Origin: an uncultured virus (IMG/VR IMGVR_UViG_3300046691_000240) | Lineage: Duplodnaviria; Heunggongvirae; Uroviricota; Caudoviricetes | Length of the DNA stretch: 24,431 nucleotides | IMG/VR virus record: IMGVR_UViG_3300046691_000240 | Strand: one strand, 5' to 3' | Shown here: piece after piece, positions 10,113 to 17,898 of the stretch | Layout of the letters: each line of letters begins with the position of its first letter | Position numbering within the stretch: the first letter of the stretch is position 1 | Made by a program: the position numbers and the translations under genes | The notes under the pieces: generated by a model | What the model was told of the DNA's origin: nothing | Database searches by the model: none | The model's input: only the letters and a program-made list of their open reading frames with translations

Positions 10113-10228
10113 TGCTTCGGCCCCCCGGCCATGGCGCTTTAGATGTAACGCGCTCTTAAAACTAAAGCGTAGACGTGGTTTTGGAATAAGGGGTTGCGAA
10201 AGCAAAAATACCCGCAATACTCAGGGGT

Positions 10229-12034
10229 TCACCTCGAAAAACCGGGGGGTAACCAGAGCACGGGTTTCTCGTCTGGGTCGCTGCCGTCCTTCATTGAGAC
10301 CTTGCCCAGCGTCGGGATGTAGGGCACGACGATCTCTTTGGGTGGCACCGCGATGATGCGTCTGGCCACGTCGCAGTAGCCGAGGGAATGGGTGTAGTGG
10401 TCGTCGCCGGTGGCGACCCACTGGATGATGGTCTCGCCGCTTTCGGTGTCGCGCGTCTCGATGCGCTTGAACGACCGCAGGTGCGAGCGGGCCAATTCGT
10501 ATTCCGCGCAGTTGCTGGTCAGTCGGGTGCTGCCCTTGTTCACGCGGCGCACCAGGTTGTCGTAAAGCGCGGTGCGGTTGACGGTGACCAACCCCTGTTC
10601 TTCGTCTCGGCTGATCAGTACGTCGAGGGTTTTCAGGGTCTTGGTCGCGCCGGTGTAGTAGCGGCAGGCGTAGATCCGGCCCTTGCCTTCTTTCACCAGG
10701 TGCTGGGCCAGCGTGATGTCGGGGCCCGAGTCGACGACCCCGCACACGCAGCCGAACAGCTGGAACAACAGCATGGTGCGCTTGCCCACATAGTTGTCGC
10801 CGTCTTGGCGCAACCGCTCCTGGTACAAAATATCCTCGCCGCCTCGATCGTTCGGCACGGTGATCGTCAACCAGCAGGTTTTGCCGACGTCGAGGCCCAG
10901 ATAGGTCCCCGAGGTCAGGCGCATGCCGTTGAATTCGCTGTCTTCCGGGCGGGGCATGTGCAGCGTGGTCGCGTGGTTGACCATTTCTTCGTCTAGGAAC
11001 GAAGACTGCGCATCCTCGAACGGCAAGCCCAACTTGAAGTTGACCCAGTCTTTTTTGGCGTCGTAGTCGTTGATCTGCACCAGCGTGCGCGACAGCGGGT
11101 TGATCGCGGGCACGTCGATGGGGATGACCTGGTAAGAGTGCTTGGCGCGGTCGGGGTACTGATGAATCCACTTGCGCCGGTGCGGCTGCATGAAATCCGA
11201 GTGCTTCAGGCTGTGGCGACACAGCGGGCAGAGAAAGTACGCATCGAGCACTTTCACCGCGGGGTTGATCAGGTCGGACTTCTCGAAGTCGCGCAGGGTG
11301 CCATCGAACCCGGGAATCACGACGTCACGGAAGTAGTCGAGCACCATGTAGTCGTGACAGTGCGGGCACTTGGTTGCGTAGTGTGCTTGGCTGCCTTCCT
11401 CGAACATCTGGTTGATGCCGTACTTGAACACCGTCGGCGTCGAGAAGCTGCGCTTGAGCCCGTCGCCTTCTTTACTGTGGCCAAGGCGCGAGTCGAAGGT
11501 GGTCAAGACGCGCTGGTTACAGAAATCGACTTCGTCCCTGAACAACGCCTGCGCCGGTACCGAGATCGCCGAGACCTTGCCGAAGGTGCCGGAGATGTAC
11601 AACAGCGAGCGGCCGAGGCGCTTTTGCTCGTTGTTGTTGAGGTCCTTGTCGATCATCGCCTTCAGCGTTTTCGAGTCATCGAGCACCGGGTTGATCCGGC
11701 CTTGGGCGAACCGCTTGGACAGGGCGGTGGTGGGCAGAATGTAAATGATGGTGATCTTCTTGCTGATCGCCATCATGGCCAACATCATGCGCACCCAGAT
11801 TTCACTGGCCCCCACCTGCGAACATTTCTGCATGGCGATGTCGGGCGTGGTGTCGGCCAGGATCTCCGGCTGGTACTCGTGTTCGTGAAACGTCCACGGC
11901 CGCGACGGGTCCATCGGGTCGGTGGTGTGGTTACTCAGCCACTTCGGAATGCCGCTGAAGTCCCGCGCGTCGTAGGCCTGCATGCGCAAGCGCTCTAGAT
12001 AAACCTCCAGCTCAGGACGCAGGCCCGCACTCAT
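10229..12034 (-). CDS. terL: Terminase large subunit, GpA-like
   Basis: Walker A-like MQKCSQVGASE, Walker B LFRDEVD, coupling motif STPT, CPHC/CPLC Zn motifs, RNase H-like YLGLDVG and DDHYTHS. Confidence 0.92.
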   Translation of the reverse strand: MSAGLRPELEVYLERLRMQAYDARDFSGIPKWLSNHTTDPMDPSRPWTFHEHEYQPEILADTTPDIAMQKCSQVGASEIWVRMMLAMMAISKKITIIYILPTTALSKRFAQGRINPVLDDSKTLKAMIDKDLNNNEQKRLGRSLLYISGTFGKVSAISVPAQALFRDEVDFCNQRVLTTFDSRLGHSKEGDGLKRSFSTPTVFKYGINQMFEEGSQAHYATKCPHCHDYMVLDYFRDVVIPGFDGTLRDFEKSDLINPAVKVLDAYFLCPLCRHSLKHSDFMQPHRRKWIHQYPDRAKHSYQVIPIDVPAINPLSRTLVQINDYDAKKDWVNFKLGLPFEDAQSSFLDEEMVNHATTLHMPRPEDSEFNGMRLTSGTYLGLDVGKTCWLTITVPNDRGGEDILYQERLRQDGDNYVGKRTMLLFQLFGCVCGVVDSGPDITLAQHLVKEGKGRIYACRYYTGATKTLKTLDVLISRDEEQGLVTVNRTALYDNLVRRVNKGSTRLTSNCAEYELARSHLRSFKRIETRDTESGETIIQWVATGDDHYTHSLGYCDVARRIIAVPPKEIVVPYIPTLGKVSMKDGSDPDEKPVLWLPPGFSR

Positions 12035-12606
12035 GACAGGCCCTCAAGACGGGCACGCAGCCGTTCGAGGAACCGCTCTTTCAGGTCGTCGCCGAGGTCC
12101 ATCAGAATGTCCACGGTCGCGGCTTCCACGGCGCGCATGCGTTCCATGCTCATGATCCGTTCGTGGTTGTCCATCAACGTCTTGCACATCACGTTGCAGG
12201 TCGTGAGCACTTCCTTGGCTTCGCGGATGTTGCAGCCTTCGCGCAGGTGGCCGTTCGGGAAAACGTGCTGCCGCAGGTTCTGCACCGCCACGATCTGCAG
12301 GCCGATCTCGTCGGCCAGCGAGAAGTCCGCGCCGTAACCTTGCCCGGTGGTTTCCTGACTGCCCGCTGGCAACGACGACACCAACCGGTGCAGCTGCTCT
12401 TTCGACAGCTTGGGCAGGAAGTCGTGGATGAATACATTGAGGCCGTTGGCGGCGCGGCCCATGTCGGTCTCGGCGAAGACCATCGTGCGTGGGCTCTCGC
12501 CGACGACGGGTTTCTCGGCGGGGGGCAGGGGCTGCAAGCCCTCGGTCTTCAGTTGCGGCCGGGGCTGGGGCGTGGCGGGGGCGTCGAAGCCGGAGTAGTC
12601 GTTCAT
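12031..12606 (-). CDS. Putative terminase small subunit
   Basis: Helical ~190 aa; stop overlaps the terL start (ATGA); position. Confidence 0.6.
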   Translation of the reverse strand: MNDYSGFDAPATPQPRPQLKTEGLQPLPPAEKPVVGESPRTMVFAETDMGRAANGLNVFIHDFLPKLSKEQLHRLVSSLPAGSQETTGQGYGADFSLADEIGLQIVAVQNLRQHVFPNGHLREGCNIREAKEVLTTCNVMCKTLMDNHERIMSMERMRAVEAATVDILMDLGDDLKERFLERLRARLEGLS

Positions 12607-13034
12607 CAATGGCGACCCCGTTTTTGTACCGTCTTCGCGTTGTAGATCAGCAGCTCATCCGGCTCCATGGCGTTCGAGAGCATCAACACCACCGGCATTG
12701 GCTCGACGGTGTAAGCGATGGCCGAGCGGACCATGATGGTCTCGCGCTGCAGCTCGAAGCGCACCCACCCACACTTCTTGGCCGTCTGGATGAACTCGGT
12801 CGCGCCGCGCCCGTCCGCCGCCCGGCCTTCGGTCACCAGGGTCAGCCCCGAAAGAATTTCCAACCAGTGCCCGAATGACCGCCAACCGCACAGTAAAATG
12901 GGGTCGAATTTGAGTTTGATTAGCGCGGCGGCGAGCTGTTGAAAGGCGGCTTCTTCAGGCGATAATCCAGACCCTTGGCCTGTGCGCGAAATGACACTTG
13001 ATTGAGACAACGGAAAGCCCCCGAGGCTGCGCAA
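12606..13034 (-). CDS. Hypothetical protein (first gene of the packaging operon; start uncertain)
   Basis: TGATG overlap with the downstream gene; no motif recognised. Confidence 0.55.
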   Translation of the reverse strand: MRSLGGFPLSQSSVISRTGQGSGLSPEEAAFQQLAAALIKLKFDPILLCGWRSFGHWLEILSGLTLVTEGRAADGRGATEFIQTAKKCGWVRFELQRETIMVRSAIAYTVEPMPVVLMLSNAMEPDELLIYNAKTVQKRGRH

Positions 13035-13127
13035 AATGGCGCTGAAAAAGGCGGGTAAGGCAGTGTCCTTGGAGGACGGCGGGGCTGTGTATCAGCCCTC
13101 GACCTGCGCATAATTACCCGGCTTGAC

Positions 13128-13147
13128 TTGCCTCAAAAACGAGGCAA
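13128..13147. promoter_or_regulatory. Palindromic operator-like site TTGCCTC-AAAAAC-GAGGCAA (copy 1)
   Basis: 7-bp inverted repeat in a divergent intergenic region; 19/20 identical to the reverse complement of 15649-15668. Confidence 0.65.
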
Positions 13148-13200
13148 CGTATTGGAAGTATAGGTGCGGTTCGATTTTCCCTATTTGTGGAAGGAATCCA

Positions 13201-13491
13201 ATGTCTGAGAAACGGAAGCCAGAAACCGTTTTATGGGTGCGCCACGCCAGTGGCCGTTCAAAGAAAGTTGAGCTTTTCAACGGTAAAAACTTCCCGACTC
13301 AGGCCTTCGATAACGCCATAGGGGAGCCCATCCCGATCAACAATTTGATGCACTACTACCGTATGCGCGTCGACGGATTGTGGTGGCCGTACAACCACCG
13401 CCGAATGTTCAGCCAGAATCAATGTCTGGAACTCATAAAAAAGGCGGTGTTCAATGAAACTAGCGGAACTGGTACAGACGCGCATGCTTGA
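13201..13491 (+). CDS. Hypothetical protein
   Basis: ATG 13201 preceded by GGAAGGAA; 96 aa; more AT-rich than the flanks. Confidence 0.65.
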   Translation: MSEKRKPETVLWVRHASGRSKKVELFNGKNFPTQAFDNAIGEPIPINNLMHYYRMRVDGLWWPYNHRRMFSQNQCLELIKKAVFNETSGTGTDAHA

Positions 13492-13822
13492 TACGCGCAG
13501 CGGATGCGCTGCGGTGTTGTGGATGCTGTGGTGCTTGTTGGTGAAGCCAGGGCATTTTCGGGTGGCGGGGGTTGAGGAAGTGGTCGAGCTGGGGTTCCCC
13601 CGGGGCATGCTGCGCCAAGTGCTGTGGGGTTTCCTGATGATGCTGGGCGGCGCGGGTTCGATGATTATCGGGGTGCTTGGTGCGGGGTTCATCTTGGCGC
13701 TGCTGGCCACCTCGGTGGTGTGGTTGCCGCTGCTGTTCGTGATCGCCTACTACCGGTTCTGGCGCAACCGCCGCCGCCACGCCCAGCTGCTGGCCAAGGC
13801 GCGGGCGAGCATGGGTGCTTAA
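13454..13822 (+). CDS. Membrane protein (2-3 TM segments, basic C-terminal tail); holin or exclusion candidate
   Basis: Long hydrophobic stretch followed by RFWRNRRRH; alternative start at 13484. Confidence 0.6.
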   Translation: MKLAELVQTRMLDTRSGCAAVLWMLWCLLVKPGHFRVAGVEEVVELGFPRGMLRQVLWGFLMMLGGAGSMIIGVLGAGFILALLATSVVWLPLLFVIAYYRFWRNRRRHAQLLAKARASMGA

Positions 13823-14157
13823 CCGCGTTCGGAGTATTCGCGGGTCTTGTCGCCGTCAGGGCGATGCCGCCCGCGCATGGGGTCTTTGAACCAGCCATCC
13901 GGTTCATCCTCCTGCTCGGGATTGAACGTGGCCATGGCGACAATCGCCAAGGCCACGCTGCTGTAGCAGTAACACGCCGTGAACCCGCAGCGGTCGAGAT
14001 CGACAAACAGTCGGCCCTTGCCGTAGGTCATCGGCGCCACGCCCAACCACCTGCCGTCGTCGAGCTGCCGCACAAACGGGTAGCCCATGGCTTGCACCTG
14101 TTCCTCGGTCCAATTCAATAGGGGGCGGTCGCGCTGTTCTGGTGGGGTGGTTTTCAT
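13819..14157 (-). CDS. Phage hypothetical protein
   Basis: 112 aa from ATG 14157; CYCY...EPDGW...GRHRPDGD..REY pattern resembling phage hypothetical proteins. Confidence 0.7.
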   Translation of the reverse strand: MKTTPPEQRDRPLLNWTEEQVQAMGYPFVRQLDDGRWLGVAPMTYGKGRLFVDLDRCGFTACYCYSSVALAIVAMATFNPEQEDEPDGWFKDPMRGRHRPDGDKTREYSERG

Positions 14158-14185
14158 CGTGGCAATCAACTGGTCAGAAATGGAG

Positions 14186-14223
14186 AGGCCCCACGCGGCG
14201 CTTGTGTGTGTCGCGTGGGGCCT
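14186..14223. other. Intergenic 12-bp perfect inverted repeat
   Basis: AGGCCCCACGCG-N14-CGCGTGGGGCCT; no U tract on either side. Confidence 0.5.
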
Positions 14224-14294
14224 GCTAGTTTACCTCTTGACTGAGGCGCTTGGGCGATTTCAGGGGTGGAAGACCCCGAGCCCCGGTCAACCCC

Positions 14295-14666
14295 TCAAAT
14301 CGTCACACCCCCCGCAGCCGCCAATTTCCCCGCCGCGTGTTCCACGGCGTAGCTTTGACACTCCCTCATTCGCGCCTCCAACCAATCTTCTGGGCCGCTC
14401 CCATCGTCGGCCGATTCATCGACCTTGCGCAAAAACACCGTCAGCACCGTGTGGCACGCGGCATACACCGCCTGCTCGGTCTCCTTGACCTGGACGGGTC
14501 CGGCGTTCTGCGGGATCACCCCGAAACGGTAGGCGGCAAAGATGTCAGCCACCGATTCCGCGCTTTCCTGCAGGTCCAACATCCGCCGGTACCGCGCAGC
14601 GGACTCGGGGTCGCCGATCAAAATTTCTTCAAGTTGCAGCAGCACTTGGTCGGGTGTCATTGTCAT
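14295..14666 (-). CDS. Hypothetical protein
   Basis: 123-aa helical ORF directly downstream of the endolysin. Confidence 0.65.
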   Translation of the reverse strand: MTMTPDQVLLQLEEILIGDPESAARYRRMLDLQESAESVADIFAAYRFGVIPQNAGPVQVKETEQAVYAACHTVLTVFLRKVDESADDGSGPEDWLEARMRECQSYAVEHAAGKLAAAGGVTI

Positions 14667-14681
14667 GTGGTTACGCCTTGG

Positions 14682-15266
14682 TTATGCGATCTGGACGCGG
14701 TTCTGGACCCACCCGAACACAAACTTCTTGTTCTTCACGCGGGCTTCCGTGCGCTCCAGATAGTACACGGCCTGCTGCGAGTTGATCAGTGCGAGCAGGC
14801 AGCGTTCACCGGCCGCTTTGCGCAGCTTGAGGAAGGCGTCCAGGGAGGCAAAGCTGACCGGGCCGAGGTTGCCATCGGTTTCGAGTTGCGGGTAGTTGAT
14901 GAGGCCGTCGCCATCCGGGTCGTTGAGCGCATTCAGCGAGCGTTGGAGGAAGGTGGCCGCCCGGCCCGGGGGCAGGTTGACCTCGATCTCGAACAACTCG
15001 GCCGCCAACGGGCGGCTGCGCAGCAGCACCTGGTCGAACTTGGGGCGGACGAAATACTCACGCAGGTAGATGACCTCGGCGGTGTCCCGGGGCAGGTCCC
15101 GCATCGCCCCGTTGTACCCGTGGGAGCGGGCGACTTCCTCGGTGATGCCAAAGCGAGTTGCACCCCCGGCGTCATTTTTATCAATGCGCCCGGAGCCGTC
15201 CCCCTCAATGCCAATCAACTCATTAATGATTTTTTCGATCTCGGGGCTGTTGACCATCATGTTCAT
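14682..15266 (-). CDS. Endolysin, glycoside hydrolase family 108 with C-terminal peptidoglycan-binding domain
   Basis: EG...D.GG.T.FGIT motif, MRDLPRDTAEVIY...YF, LQRSLN, DGNLGPVS, KFVFGWVQNRV. Confidence 0.9.
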   Translation of the reverse strand: MNMMVNSPEIEKIINELIGIEGDGSGRIDKNDAGGATRFGITEEVARSHGYNGAMRDLPRDTAEVIYLREYFVRPKFDQVLLRSRPLAAELFEIEVNLPPGRAATFLQRSLNALNDPDGDGLINYPQLETDGNLGPVSFASLDAFLKLRKAAGERCLLALINSQQAVYYLERTEARVKNKKFVFGWVQNRVQIA

Positions 15267-15556
15267 GCGGCCTCCAGCTGGCAGGCGACCACGGCGCTCA
15301 GTTGGCCCACACGTTCGGACAGTTGATCGAGGCGATGTTGCAGCACATGGGAGAGGGTGAAGCGGCCTTCCTCGCGCAAGGTGGCGAGGGCGCTATCCAT
15401 GCTCATTGATACCGTGATCGGGCAGCGTTCGGCGGCGATGTCCGCCAAGTGCGCTTCTGCTTCTTTCCGCTGGGTGTAAACCCCAACCACTTCCAAATCC
15501 CGGTGCAGCGCGTCAAGGCGATACACCACAGTCACTTCTGGGCTGTGCTCGGTCAT
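15263..15556 (-). CDS. Hypothetical protein
   Basis: 97 aa, ATGA-coupled to the endolysin; VVGVYTQRKEAE motif; no TM segment. Confidence 0.65.
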   Translation of the reverse strand: MTEHSPEVTVVYRLDALHRDLEVVGVYTQRKEAEAHLADIAAERCPITVSMSMDSALATLREEGRFTLSHVLQHRLDQLSERVGQLSAVVACQLEAA

Positions 15557-15648
15557 GAGAAAACCTTTGAGAGTTGCCTCGGCCGTCTTGGTTTTGGAAT
15601 GTGCGGCCTTATGACTAAGCGTAGCGAAAGATGAAAAAAAAGTTATGT

Positions 15649-15668
15649 TTGCCTCGTTTTTCAGGCAA
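15649..15668. promoter_or_regulatory. Palindromic operator-like site (copy 2, inverted relative to copy 1)
   Basis: GTTTGCCT-CGTTTTTC-AGGCAAAC upstream of the endolysin unit. Confidence 0.65.
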
Positions 15669-15829
15669 ACCCGCGATAGCCATGAACTTTTTTATGCCTA
15701 TTTTGTCGGGTTTTTCACCCGATTGTTACAGGCGCAATCTTCAATGATTGCAGGGTGTTTGTAATATTATGTGTGCCCTAAACTGGGCCAGTAATGGCAC
15801 CGTGCCAAAAGTCAATGGCCCCCCTAGGC

Positions 15830-15859
15830 TTGTACAGAGCACCATTTGCTTCGTATCCT
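15830..15859 (+). promoter_or_regulatory. Candidate sigma70 promoter
   Basis: TTGTAC-N18-TATCCT. Confidence 0.4.
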
Positions 15860-15873
15860 GTTGGCGTATAACG

Positions 15874-15907
15874 AAAAAGCCCCCGCTTATTCAGCGGGGG
15901 CTTTTTT
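15874..15907. terminator. Bidirectional intrinsic terminator-like hairpin
   Basis: AAAAAGCCCCCGCT-TATTC-AGCGGGGGCTTTTTT: 14-bp perfect inverted repeat giving U tracts on both strands. Confidence 0.75.
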
Positions 15908-16589
15908 GAGGCCGGCGGGTGTATTCAGCACCTCCGGCCAAAGTCTCGGGGAGTTCTCTGCTGTGGCGGCGGGAAAACGAGACTTGGGTTAGCGATAATA
16001 CGCGGAACTTAGCCGTGCGATCAACTAAACCAACCTCAACCCCGATTCCAATGTCATTACTTCGGCGCGCAAGCGTGGCCGAGGGGGGTTGGGCTCGCGT
16101 GTTTGTTACCCCCTCGCTGCCGTGATGATGGACCGAAACGGGGAGTCTCTGCATATCGGTCACCGCACGACGCGCGTCATGCCTTCTAGGGTTCGCAAGC
16201 CTAGGGCTCTGGCAAGTGGGTAAGGGGAATTACACCGACACCACTCTAAAAACGTCGAGGGAGCGCCCAGCAGGGTAGGCTCAGCCAGTGCAGCAGGTCT
16301 AGGACGTGTTCACCCAGCGGGCAGAGGGCGACAGGTAGAGGCATTTACCAGCCAATAGTGGGTGACAAGGCGGACATCCTAGGATTTTTCTAGGAGGTCG
16401 AGCCTTTTGTGACGCGCAGCAGGAACAAAAGGCTCGGTAGCCTGCGGAGGCTTCAGCCGACAGCATTTTGCCCCCGGGCTGTGCTGGAACGAAGTGGAGG
16501 CCAGGCCGATAGGCTGTGGAGGCCAAGGGCCGACATCCTTACACCGGGCTTGTGGGTTTACAGCGTGTTCATCAACAAGGAGTAGGGCA
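15908..16589 (+). ncRNA. Candidate long structured RNA / leader (family not recognised)
   Basis: No convincing ORF; consecutive and nested stems, GNRA-type loops, and G-U pairs that work on the plus strand. Confidence 0.5.
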
Positions 16590-16817
16590 GTGGAACGTGA
16601 GTACGAAGAAACCGTCATTGTGTGCCGAGCTGACGATGTGATCAGCATTGGTGACAACATCCGCATTGTGGTGATGGGTGTGAATGGCAGAATTGCCCGC
16701 CTTGGCGTGGATGCCCCCCGCAGCGTTTCCGTGCACCGGGACGAGGTCTACAACCGCATCATTCAGGGGATTCCCCATTGCAAGAATTCGCCAAACTCTA
16801 CTGGGCCGAGGACTTAG
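16590..16817 (+). CDS. csrA: CsrA/RsmA-family RNA-binding protein (divergent N-terminus)
   Basis: ISIGDNIRIVVMGVNGRIARLGVDAPRSVSVHRDEVYNRI aligns without gaps to the CsrA core; AAGGAG RBS before GTG 16590. Confidence 0.9.
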   Translation: MEREYEETVIVCRADDVISIGDNIRIVVMGVNGRIARLGVDAPRSVSVHRDEVYNRIIQGIPHCKNSPNSTGPRT

Positions 16818-17053
16818 GCCAAGTGCTGATCACGCTCGATGGTCACTGCGTGAACCTGCGCTTCGCCTTGCCCGGCGCGGTGTCCAGCGCGTTGCGTTAC
16901 GACTTCGATGAAACCCTGGACGGTGAAATTCGGGCTCAGGATCTATTCTCAAACTTCAACCAGGAACGCACGTTGGCCGACGTTCGCGAATTTGTGATCA
17001 CGACGGGACTGCGCGCTTTGTTATCGAAAAAGAGGGAACCCACGGATGCGTAA
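16778..17053 (+). CDS. Hypothetical protein
   Basis: TTG start with GGGGA RBS; 91 aa; overlaps both neighbours. Confidence 0.6.
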   Translation: MQEFAKLYWAEDLGQVLITLDGHCVNLRFALPGAVSSALRYDFDETLDGEIRAQDLFSNFNQERTLADVREFVITTGLRALLSKKREPTDA

Positions 17054-17504
17054 TCCCCTGAAAGTTCTGCGCGCCATTTTGACGTCGCACATGCTGTTGG
17101 CCTTGATCGCGGTCCAGGTGTTCGTCCAGGTGTGGATGCACGCCACCAACATGCCGTTCATTGGTTTGATCCTCAGCATTTGGCTGTCGTGGAAACTCGG
17201 CGGTTTGGCGGCGTGGGCCGACATCCAGCAACGGTGCATCGACCATGCGCAGTTGGTGGCCAAGGAACTGAGCACGCTGCAAGAGGAATACGACGGCTTC
17301 CCCCCGGACATGCGTCTCGCGTTGGCCGGACCCTACGCCCGTGCGGTAGACCAACTGACGCGGCTGCACCAGCAGATGGTCAAGCAAATCCAGACCCCCC
17401 GCGTCAAACTGAAGTTCCGCGACATGCTGCCGTCGCCGTCGCGCTGGCTGGCCCGTCGCCGCCAACGCAAGATCATGGCCAGCGCCAAGGTCGTGCACGC
17501 ATGA
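17046..17504 (+). CDS. Membrane protein with two N-terminal TM helices and a coiled coil
   Basis: Hydrophobic N-terminal 55 aa; GAGGGA RBS. Confidence 0.65.
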   Translation: MRNPLKVLRAILTSHMLLALIAVQVFVQVWMHATNMPFIGLILSIWLSWKLGGLAAWADIQQRCIDHAQLVAKELSTLQEEYDGFPPDMRLALAGPYARAVDQLTRLHQQMVKQIQTPRVKLKFRDMLPSPSRWLARRRQRKIMASAKVVHA

Positions 17505-17713
17505 TCGCGATCATCAACACCGCTGAACGCGATGCGGAAGGCCGCACGCTCTACCGACTGCAAATCAACGACCGGCTGATCAACGAGTTCTGGCACAAGC
17601 GCTTGGATGGGCTGGGCGCGTGCCTGCGCTTGGCCGCGATCGCGGCGGACGACGCCCATCACCAGCAGCTGGACCACCTGATGCAAGAAATTCAACAAAT
17701 GGGGCCGCGATGA
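17501..17713 (+). CDS. Hypothetical protein
   Basis: ATGA overlaps at both ends; MIAIINTAERDAEGRTLYRLQIN... Confidence 0.65.
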   Translation: MIAIINTAERDAEGRTLYRLQINDRLINEFWHKRLDGLGACLRLAAIAADDAHHQQLDHLMQEIQQMGPR

Positions 17714-17898
17714 GTGAACTGCTGCCATGCCCCTGCTGCGGCGGGGTTGCCTACGAATTCGAGTCGATGGGCCTAGTCAACATCGAGTGTTCGACGTGTT
17801 TCCTGGCGTCGATCTGCGTACCCCTCGGGCAAGAAGCGCACATCGAGCGCTGGAACCGCCGCGTCACTCCAACCCCTGAACCGATAGGTCAATCCTGA
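17710..17898 (+). CDS. Lar-like (restriction alleviation family) zinc-ribbon protein
   Basis: MSELLPCPCCGG...CSTC...WNRR matches the Lar family pattern. Confidence 0.75.
   Translation: MSELLPCPCCGGVAYEFESMGLVNIECSTCFLASICVPLGQEAHIERWNRRVTPTPEPIGQS

Noticed and set aside
10113..10217. Portal start at TTG 10217, or at out-of-frame ATG 10132 via a G6-run frameshift
   Set aside because: The upstream segment looks intergenic (AT-rich); an in-frame GTG at 10112 with a G-rich RBS suffices; a homopolymer error cannot be tested without reads
13..12878. Long plus-strand ORFs (e.g. 558-1457, 5480-6673, 8526-10142)
   Set aside because: Antisense shadows of the high-GC structural genes; no recognisable motifs
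13070..13090. GGACGGCGGGGCT as a lambda-like cos site
   Set aside because: Only loose resemblance in GC-rich DNA and no clear flanking symmetry; needs terminus mapping
15908..15940. Hairpin ending in CCA as a tRNA
   Set aside because: No D arm, anticodon arm or GTTC T-loop
16121..16143. GTGATGA-TGGACC-GAAAC as a hammerhead ribozyme core
   Set aside because: First core base is G rather than C, no credible stem II, and flanking stems I/III could not be built
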